Source: Patescibacteria group bacterium (GTDB lineage Bacteria > Patescibacteriota > Patescibacteriia > SG8-24). From it: DNA of 64,000 nucleotides. The stretch covers positions 68-64,067 of the forward strand of contig JAYEJB010000059.1 in assembly GCA_034716415.1 (NCBI GenBank), given 5' to 3'. Of the stretch, positions 57,334 to 64,000 are shown in pieces. Below the pieces are notes generated by a model. It was not told where the DNA came from. It was given only the letters and a program-made list of their open reading frames with translations, and ran no database searches. The stretch's first letter is position 1, and each line of letters opens with the position of its first letter. A program made the position numbers and the translations under genes.

Positions 57334-57417
57334 AATCTAAACCATATTCCCGCTCTTAAGGGCGGGAATGCGTAGTGATTATATATATGATAGGGCCGAT
57401 GGGCAAGGGTTTTGGAG

Positions 57418-57520
57418 AGATCGAAAGCTTAACAGTCTAAAAGCTCAAAAGCCGATAATGTGTCTGGTCTGAAGTCGGACTCCTTATTAAGACTTTTAGG
57501 CTGTTAAACTTTCAAGCTCT
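57418..57520. repeat. Inverted 8-mer array
   Basis: AAAGCTTA ACAGTCTA AAGCTCA AAAGCC ... AGACTTTT AGGCTGTT AAACTTTC AAGCTCT. Confidence 0.7.
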
Positions 57521-57529
57521 CTAAAACCC

Positions 57530-57558
57530 TTGCCACCCCGCCCGTTCCGTGCTATAAA
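57530..57558 (+). promoter_or_regulatory. Sigma70 promoter
   Basis: TTGCCA-17 nt-TATAAA with TG extended -10. Confidence 0.65.
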
Positions 57559-57591
57559 TATAAGAAGCTCATTTCAAGGAAGGGAAGAATA

Positions 57592-58308
57592 TTGGACTAC
57601 GAACCGTTGATAAGGCTCTGCAAAGGCGAGGGTGCACTGAAGCAGATGGAGATGGTCGAGAAGACTCTCGTCAAACTGGAACCGATACTGCCTCCGCTGG
57701 CGGCCGGCGAATTCGAATTCGCGCCGGAAGATTCATTCCAGCTCAGCATGACGATCGTCACCGCGTTGACGACGACCGCCGGCATCAAGAAGGAGGACAT
57801 CAAGAATCCTCGCGCCATATCCCTGTCTGAACCGTTCGTCAGACCACCTTGGATGACAGACGAGGTCTTCAGGCGGGGTCAGGAAAGTTGTCTGAAACGG
57901 CCGATGCTCAAGATGATGTACATGTCCATCGACACCTTCAACAGTTGGCACGGTCGATTGCATGACAGGTACGAACGCTCGCTGCGCGATACCCTGGGTG
58001 TCGAACCGCTGAGAGAACTGGATTCGACCCTCCACCACGCGCTCCACCTCGGTGAGAATATCTCCACGGGCGTGAACAGACTGCTCGGTGTCAGACCGTC
58101 CCGCGACGAGAACCGCCCGGGAGAATCGCTCCGGCAATGCGCCTACAACGCCATCTACCACACCATCCGATACGCTATCGGATTCGCGGTAGCCGGTCGC
58201 GGCCAAGAGGTCGACGACTTCGAGACCGCCATTCGCCTGCTCCGCATGGGCCTGCCCCTCGCCGAGACCAAAGGAGAGCCAGGCAGTTGGGGCGTGCTGG
58301 TGAGATAG
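57592..58308 (+). CDS. Hypothetical protein (238 aa)
   Basis: TTG start with purine-rich RBS, promoter upstream, terminator downstream. Confidence 0.75.
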   Translation: MDYEPLIRLCKGEGALKQMEMVEKTLVKLEPILPPLAAGEFEFAPEDSFQLSMTIVTALTTTAGIKKEDIKNPRAISLSEPFVRPPWMTDEVFRRGQESCLKRPMLKMMYMSIDTFNSWHGRLHDRYERSLRDTLGVEPLRELDSTLHHALHLGENISTGVNRLLGVRPSRDENRPGESLRQCAYNAIYHTIRYAIGFAVAGRGQEVDDFETAIRLLRMGLPLAETKGEPGSWGVLVR

Positions 58309-58317
58309 CGAGATCGA

Positions 58318-58345
58318 AAAACCGGCCAAGGCCGGTCTTTTTTAT
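58318..58345 (+). terminator. Intrinsic terminator
   Basis: ACCGGC-caag-GCCGGT followed by CTTTTTT. Confidence 0.65.
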
Positions 58346-58354
58346 TGGTGGGAT

Positions 58355-58468
58355 GATGTCTTATGCACAGTTTGGGGTAAAACACAGACAGCCTGTTTCT
58401 TACGAGAAACAGGCTGTCTGTTTTTGCCCCAAACTGTGCATAAGACATCTACTGTTTACTCCAAAAAA
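58355..58468. repeat. 95-bp palindromic element, copy 2
   Basis: GATGTCTTATGCACAGTTTGGGG...CCCCAAACTGTGCATAAGACATC with the same tail as the copy at 675. Confidence 0.85.
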
Positions 58469-58578
58469 GTGAAGAATCTGGGGATCAGAGAGCATTACTT
58501 TAATAATCCCTTCCGACCGCCTGTCCTGAGTGAAGTCGAAGGGTCCGACATTCCGACATTCCGACCCCCTTCTAACCC

Positions 58579-59727
58579 TCAAACTATCTCCCCGACCTCT
58601 CTCGCGATCATCAATTCCTCGTTCGTCGGCACGACCATCACCTTCGGTTTCGGCTTCAGCTTCACCATCGACATGACTTTCTTCCTGATGAGCTGGCTCC
58701 GCTCCCCTATCCCGGCCGTGAATACGATCGCGTCAACGCTTCCGAGGATTCCCGCATAAGAACCGATGTGCTTGGCGACGCTGTAGCAGAACATATCGAC
58801 CGCGATGCGCGCCTGTTCCTTCTCTTCCTTGTTCGGCCGCTTCTTAAGCGAGAACCCGGGGAAATCATGACCGAGCATCGACAGCACTTCGCGCAGGTCG
58901 GCATATCCGGTCAGCCCTTTAAGACCCGACTCGTGGTTCAGGTCATCGTAAACGTCGTCCGGATCGCGACCGACTTCCCTGATCATGAACAGCGGGATGG
59001 CCGGGTCGATGTCACCGCAACGCGTGGACATCACCAGTCCCTGCAGCGGCGTGAAACCCATCGAAGTATCCACGGACTCACCGCCCCTGACCGCCGTTAC
59101 TGACGCCCCGCTGCCGAGATGACAAGTAATCAGATTGACCTTTTCTGACGGCTTTTTCATCTTCCGCGCCGCCTCTTCGCTGACGTACTGATGCGAGATG
59201 CCGTGAAAACCGTATTTACGGATACCATGCTTCTCGTACCAACGCCATGGCAGAGCGTACATATGCGCGAAGTCCGGAATCGTCGCATGGAATGCCGTAT
59301 CGAACACCGCGACCTGTTTCGCCTTCGGTAATACCCGCGTAGCCGCCTCGATTCCCGCGATGTTGGCCGGATTGTGCAGCGGTGCCAGCTTGTCGTACTT
59401 TCGCAGTTGCCTCAAGACCTCTGATGTCACCAATATCGGTCGGGTGAACCGCTCTCCGCCATGTACCACGCGATGCCCGACCGCCTTCACGTCACCATCT
59501 TCAAAACCGAACTCATATAGCAGAGAGAACACTTCGTTCAGCGCTTCCTCATGATCAGGTAGCCCACCCGCAAAAGTCCGATGCTCGTGATCACCGCCGA
59601 ACGCGCATTCGATGAACGAACGCCGCAAACCGACCCGTTCGACGATACCGCCGCCGAGCTCCTTCAGGTCCGCGTCAAATACACGAAACTTGAGCGTTGA
59701 GCTACCGGAGTTGATTACGAAAATCAT
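58579..59727 (-). CDS. ackA: Acetate/propionate kinase
   Basis: VINSGSSTLKF, GHRVVHGG, APLHNP, FDTAFH, YGFHG.SH, TNEEL.IA. Confidence 0.96.
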   Translation of the reverse strand: MIFVINSGSSTLKFRVFDADLKELGGGIVERVGLRRSFIECAFGGDHEHRTFAGGLPDHEEALNEVFSLLYEFGFEDGDVKAVGHRVVHGGERFTRPILVTSEVLRQLRKYDKLAPLHNPANIAGIEAATRVLPKAKQVAVFDTAFHATIPDFAHMYALPWRWYEKHGIRKYGFHGISHQYVSEEAARKMKKPSEKVNLITCHLGSGASVTAVRGGESVDTSMGFTPLQGLVMSTRCGDIDPAIPLFMIREVGRDPDDVYDDLNHESGLKGLTGYADLREVLSMLGHDFPGFSLKKRPNKEEKEQARIAVDMFCYSVAKHIGSYAGILGSVDAIVFTAGIGERSQLIRKKVMSMVKLKPKPKVMVVPTNEELMIAREVGEIV

Positions 59728-59796
59728 GGTTAGAGTTAAAAAAGTCTAAAAGTCGAAAAGACGAAAAGCATTTTTTAAATATTCCATCCCCGCTTC

Positions 59797-59826
59797 CCTG
59801 CCCACCGAAGCTTCAGCGTAGGTGGG
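59797..59826. repeat. REP of the family seen at 16491
   Basis: CCTGCCCACCGAAGCTTCAGCGTAGGTGGG. Confidence 0.55.
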
Positions 59827-59832
59827 TCCCCG

Positions 59833-60423
59833 CTACTTGATAATTTCCCCTTCATTACCGACCACGTCCAACCAAGCAGCGTTGCCCTCATCGGTATCGA
59901 GGTGCACGTTCAGCCGGAACGAATCACGCACCCGGATGTTGACTTCATGGAACGTCAGGCCGCGGTCCCCGCCTATCTTCACCGACACGATGTCACCATC
60001 AACTAGTCCGCGCTCCTCCGCTTCCTTGTCGGAAATATGGATATGCCGCCGAGCGACGATGACACCCTCTTCGAGAACGACCTCGCCGGCCGGACCGACC
60101 AGCGTGCAACCGGGCGTGCCGGCGATATCACCCGACAGCCGCAGTGCGGGCTCGATACCGCTCTTGATGCAATCGGTCCTCGAGAGCTCGATCTGGGTCT
60201 GTTTGCGGCACGGTCCGAGGACACGTAGCGCCATGTCCCTCTTGGACGCCTTGAGAGTCACCTTGTCTTCAGCCGCCCACTGCCCGGTCTGCGAAAGCTC
60301 TTTCTTGACGTTCATTACGTATCCCTCGCCGAACAGCGCATCCTGATCTTTCTGCGAAAGATGCACGTGGCGCGCGGAGACTTCGAGCGGGACTTTTTTC
60401 AAGTCATTATCCATATGATGCAA
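59833..60423 (-). CDS. pduL: PduL-type phosphate acyltransferase
   Basis: VSARHVHLS, LSQ.GQ.A, RVLGP.R.QTQ.E.S.TD, ARRHIH, HLDTDEGNA. Confidence 0.93.
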   Translation of the reverse strand: MHHMDNDLKKVPLEVSARHVHLSQKDQDALFGEGYVMNVKKELSQTGQWAAEDKVTLKASKRDMALRVLGPCRKQTQIELSRTDCIKSGIEPALRLSGDIAGTPGCTLVGPAGEVVLEEGVIVARRHIHISDKEAEERGLVDGDIVSVKIGGDRGLTFHEVNIRVRDSFRLNVHLDTDEGNAAWLDVVGNEGEIIK

Positions 60424-60441
60424 CGATTATGTCGAGTTTTC

Positions 60442-61803
60442 TCAGACCAGCAACACCGTCGCCAGTCCCAAGAATACGAAAAATCCGAATATGTCGGTGA
60501 CCGCGGAGACGAATACGGTCGAGGCGAGCGCGGGATCGGTCTTCATGGCGCGCATCGAGAGCGGAATCGCCACGCCGACCAGGCCGGCCGCGAACAGGTT
60601 CATCGTCATGGCCATGACGATGACCGCGCCGATACCCGCGTTACCGGTGAAGACGGACGCGACGATGCCGACGATGACACCGGCCAAGAATCCGTTCAAG
60701 GAACCTACCGCCACCTCCTTCATGATCACCTTGTAAGTGCGCAGATGCTGGAACTCACCGAGCGCCATGGCGCGCACCGCGATGGCCAGTGATTGCTGAC
60801 CGGCGTTACCGCCCATCCCGGCGATGATCGGCATGAATGCCGCAAGTATCACGATCTGTTCGATGGTGCCCCTAAAAAGTCCGATGACACTTGCGGCCAG
60901 AAGGGCCGTCACCATGTTCACCGCCAGCCAAGGGATACGACGACGGGCCGACAACCAGATCGGATCGCTGATGTTCGCGTCCTCATGCACGCCGGCAAGC
61001 CTGATGACGTCCTCACTATGCTCTTCCTCCATGACCGCGAAAATATCGTCCGCGGTGATGACACCCAACAGTTTCCCCTTACGGTTCACCACGGGCAATT
61101 CAATCGCGCCCTCCTCGTCGAACACCAACGCCGCCTCCTCCTGATCCATGTCCGCGGGCAACGAGACCACCGTGGGATCCAGAATCTCGATCAGCGAACC
61201 TTCACCACTCGCCTGAATGAGACGAATCGGCGAAAAACGACCGATCAGCTCGTCGTTCTCGTCCGTGATATATATGTAATGACTCTTCGACCGCGCCTTC
61301 GGATCCTTTACGACTTCCTGACGGATATCATCCACTGTCCGGTCTTGCCGATACTTCAGTATCTCCGTCTTCATCCTGCCGCCGGCGGTATGTTCGTCGA
61401 ACACCAACAGCGGCAGTATCCCATCCGGATCGCTCTCCTTCAGCCGATCCACCACTTTCTTATGCCTCGGTCCGTCGAGCCATTGGATGATGTCCACGGC
61501 GTCATCCGACTGCGCCTTAGAGATCAGCTCCCAGATCTCATCGAACGTCAGACGCGGCAAAAGCATCTGGAACGAATAATCGCTCAAATCGAGCAGTATC
61601 TTCACTTTCCGCTTGGGCTGTAACGCCCTGAACACGATCAGTTTCTGCTTCGGCGACAAGGAATCTATCGTGTGTATGACTTCGTCGTCACCGACTTTCG
61701 GCAGGAACTCGGCCAACAAGGTCTTGCCGTTGCCGAAAAGCGCATCGCGCAGACGATCCTTCAGCGTATCCAGCGGTTTTTTGGTCTTGTCAGTCATCAT
61801 CAC
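60442..61803 (-). CDS. mgtE: Magnesium transporter MgtE
   Basis: CBS pair, RRIPWL, GMGGNAGQQS, DPALAS..VSA.TD. Confidence 0.94.
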   Translation of the reverse strand: MMMTDKTKKPLDTLKDRLRDALFGNGKTLLAEFLPKVGDDEVIHTIDSLSPKQKLIVFRALQPKRKVKILLDLSDYSFQMLLPRLTFDEIWELISKAQSDDAVDIIQWLDGPRHKKVVDRLKESDPDGILPLLVFDEHTAGGRMKTEILKYRQDRTVDDIRQEVVKDPKARSKSHYIYITDENDELIGRFSPIRLIQASGEGSLIEILDPTVVSLPADMDQEEAALVFDEEGAIELPVVNRKGKLLGVITADDIFAVMEEEHSEDVIRLAGVHEDANISDPIWLSARRRIPWLAVNMVTALLAASVIGLFRGTIEQIVILAAFMPIIAGMGGNAGQQSLAIAVRAMALGEFQHLRTYKVIMKEVAVGSLNGFLAGVIVGIVASVFTGNAGIGAVIVMAMTMNLFAAGLVGVAIPLSMRAMKTDPALASTVFVSAVTDIFGFFVFLGLATVLLV

Positions 61804-62369
61804 TTGCTGTTTTCGATGAGTTCCTGTCCCAACTCGAACGCTTTTTGATTGAGCTCGCGCAATTCCGGTCTCTTTTCGTACTTGTCCGCGAACGTCTTCT
61901 CGATCGACTTGGCGAAACCTTCCGGCGACACGTCCGGGATGAAATGCAACATCGCGCCCATGATGATCATGTTGAACGTGCGCGGTTCATCGAACTTCTC
62001 CTTGGCGAGTTCGGTGAACTCGAACGAGTACGGTTTCCATTTCTTGATCTTCGACAGGTCCTTCACGAGATGGCTGTTCACAATGACGACAGAGTCATCC
62101 TTGAGGAACGGATAGATGCGGTCAATCGCGCGCTGTGACAGCGCCACCCACAGGTCGGACTTCATGAACTTCGGGAACGGAATGTGCTCATCGCTGATCT
62201 GCACGAACGCCGACGACACACCGCCGCGTTTCTCCGTACTGAAGTACGGCACATAAGTGACCTTCTTGCCTTGGTTCCAGGCGCTCTTGGCCGTGATCTT
62301 GGCGATTGAGAGAATACCCTGACCGCCCTCCCCACTGATGATGATCTTGTACTTGTCTGACATAAGCAT
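61800..62369 (-). CDS. 2-oxoacid:ferredoxin oxidoreductase gamma subunit
   Basis: GEGGQG, EKRGG.S, NMII.GA, N.KAF..G. Confidence 0.9.
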   Translation of the reverse strand: MLMSDKYKIIISGEGGQGILSIAKITAKSAWNQGKKVTYVPYFSTEKRGGVSSAFVQISDEHIPFPKFMKSDLWVALSQRAIDRIYPFLKDDSVVIVNSHLVKDLSKIKKWKPYSFEFTELAKEKFDEPRTFNMIIMGAMLHFIPDVSPEGFAKSIEKTFADKYEKRPELRELNQKAFELGQELIENSK

Positions 62370-62372
62370 CCT

Positions 62373-63113
62373 TTAGTATTTCCCGGTCGGGAAGACCTTC
62401 ATGTGTTCTTCTTCGAGAAAACGGAAAGTCTCTTCCGGCTTGTCCATCGTCTTCCAATTCAGCGGACACTGCGACAACACCTCTACGAACGCGAAGCCCT
62501 TATTATCCATGACATGCTGCAGACCTTCCCGCATCAGTTTACGCAGATCCGGCTGGCGGGTCGTGATGCCGCGCGCCACGAACGCGGTCGGATTGACGTT
62601 CCTGACGATCTCCGGAGCGCGGATGTAATACTCGTCCGCACCGCACGGGGCGGTCGTGACTTTAGCGCCAGGATGCGTGGTCGGGGCTTCCTGCCCGCCG
62701 GTCATAGCGTAGACCGCGTTATTGACGACGATAGTGAAAATGCGGTCATTGCGGATCGCCGCGTTCAGAAAATGCCCGCCACCGATGGCGTAAGCTCCGC
62801 CGTCACCGACATAGGCGACCGGCACGGAGTCGGTATTGGCCTTAGAAAACCCGACCATGAACGGCACGGTCCGGCCGTGGTGTGTCTCGATCGTGTCCAG
62901 GTTGAAATAGTCCCAGGCCAGTAGCGAACAGCCGATATCGACACCGAAAGCGACCTTCTGTTGGATGTCGAGCTCGTCAATGGCGAAACCGAGCGCCTTC
63001 AGAACTTGCGGATGCCCACAGCCCGGACAGAACGTATGCGGTTTCGATTCGAGCCGGGCGCACTTCGGGAAGGCCGAGCGCAATTCCTTGTCCTTTGCTT
63101 TCTTTGCGAACAT
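62373..63113 (-). CDS. 2-oxoacid:ferredoxin oxidoreductase beta (TPP-binding) subunit
   Basis: FCPGCGH, IGCS, HGR, GDG, NN.VY.MTGGQ.APT, CP. Confidence 0.93.
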   Translation of the reverse strand: MFAKKAKDKELRSAFPKCARLESKPHTFCPGCGHPQVLKALGFAIDELDIQQKVAFGVDIGCSLLAWDYFNLDTIETHHGRTVPFMVGFSKANTDSVPVAYVGDGGAYAIGGGHFLNAAIRNDRIFTIVVNNAVYAMTGGQEAPTTHPGAKVTTAPCGADEYYIRAPEIVRNVNPTAFVARGITTRQPDLRKLMREGLQHVMDNKGFAFVEVLSQCPLNWKTMDKPEETFRFLEEEHMKVFPTGKY

Positions 63114-63117
63114 AGGC

Positions 63118-64000
63118 TTACTGCTTAACCGACTTTACGACTTCGATGATGTCCTCGGCGAGAATACCGATCGACGGCCGGAAGTATTCGGTGATCGGCA
63201 CGGTCAGACCGTACAGCGATTCCTTGACGAAACGCGACAACTGATTGATGGCCGCCTCAGCGACGATGATGCGATCCGCGCCTTCGGCCGTCTTCTTGAG
63301 CTCGTCGTACGGGAACGGATTCAGCGTTATCGGACGGAACAGCCGCACCGACCCGCCATTGTCGTTCATCTCATCTACCGCGGCACGCGCGGCCGCCGCG
63401 ACCACGCCATGCGCCACGATGAGCGTCTTGGCGTCCTTCGGCCCGTAGTTCTCGAACTCGGTCACGTCTTTCGCCATCTTATCCCAGGCTTCCTTGATCT
63501 CCATATTCACGGCGAGCGTCTCTTCCTCCAGATTCAGGCAGTTCCTGATGCAGGCATACTCGACGCCGTCCACGTGACGGACCCAGATTTCCGGTGACGG
63601 AACGACATCGGTGAGCGGAACCTTACGTTCGCGTTCCAACATATACGCTTCGGTCGGCGCCATCTCCATACCGCGCTCTTCCGGAGTCCACAGCTCGACC
63701 TCACCCATCATCTTGGCCATGTAGCCGTCGCCCAGCAGGAACGTCGGGAAGCGGTGGCGCCAGGCCGTGTCGAACACCTTGATGCCGTAATCGTAAAGCT
63801 CTTGCAGGGAGGACGGCGAATAAACAATACGGAAGCCGTTGCCGTTGCCGCCGAAGCAGGTCAGGTTCACTTCTTGTTGCGAAAAGATGACGGTCGACGT
63901 AGACGGACCGCCGCGCTGCATGATGATGGCGACCGAGGGGATACGCATCGCTTCGGCCATCGAGAAGGCATCCTGCATCAAGACGTGTCCCGGCCCGGCG
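63118..64000 (-). CDS. 2-oxoacid:ferredoxin oxidoreductase alpha subunit (VorB-like), 5' end outside the window
   Basis: AGPG..LMQD, QRGGPST, FRPITL.PFP; frame is open to the window edge. Confidence 0.9.
   Translation of the reverse strand, partial: AGPGHVLMQDAFSMAEAMRIPSVAIIMQRGGPSTSTVIFSQQEVNLTCFGGNGNGFRIVYSPSSLQELYDYGIKVFDTAWRHRFPTFLLGDGYMAKMMGEVELWTPEERGMEMAPTEAYMLERERKVPLTDVVPSPEIWVRHVDGVEYACIRNCLNLEEETLAVNMEIKEAWDKMAKDVTEFENYGPKDAKTLIVAHGVVAAAARAAVDEMNDNGGSVRLFRPITLNPFPYDELKKTAEGADRIIVAEAAINQLSRFVKESLYGLTVPITEYFRPSIGILAEDIIEVVKSVKQ

Noticed and set aside
2621-59770. Short repeat arrays as CRISPR
   Set aside because: Units are 7-10 nt, degenerate and without unique spacers; no cas genes are present

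Overview
A 64-kb, mostly minus-strand, GC-rich chromosomal segment. Gene content points to a Patescibacteria (CPR) bacterium, possibly Uhrbacteria/ABY1-like; this is inferred from CPR-type pilin, surface-repeat and DGR signatures. Core genes: recQ, rpoD, dnaG, lgt, an AarF kinase, gatCA, ligA, a full type IV pilus cluster next to two large Cys-rich surface proteins, rnhA, recJ, lepA, murJ, an OFOR-mgtE-pduL-ackA fermentation block, tRNA-Asn and tRNA-Ser. The accessory region (~4.4-16.4 kb) lies downstream of tRNA-Asn and has three parts. First, an AT-rich decayed RM/putative defence operon: truncated HpaII-like REase, vsr, and 180-aa and 1019-aa unknown proteins. Second, a mosaic 1531-aa beta-helix/M6-protease surface protein. 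Third, the highlight: a diversity-generating retroelement with a 136-bp TR (14755-14890) and VR (15216-15351) that differ at 15 positions, 14 of them TR adenines. It has a convergent avd gene but no reverse transcriptase anywhere in the window. Also notable are many short-period (7-10 nt) inverted repeat arrays at gene junctions, some of them translated; 5'-end duplications of both tRNA genes, one enclosing a GIY-YIG remnant; and several REP/MITE-like palindrome families. All annotations come from reading the sequence by eye; no database searches were run.
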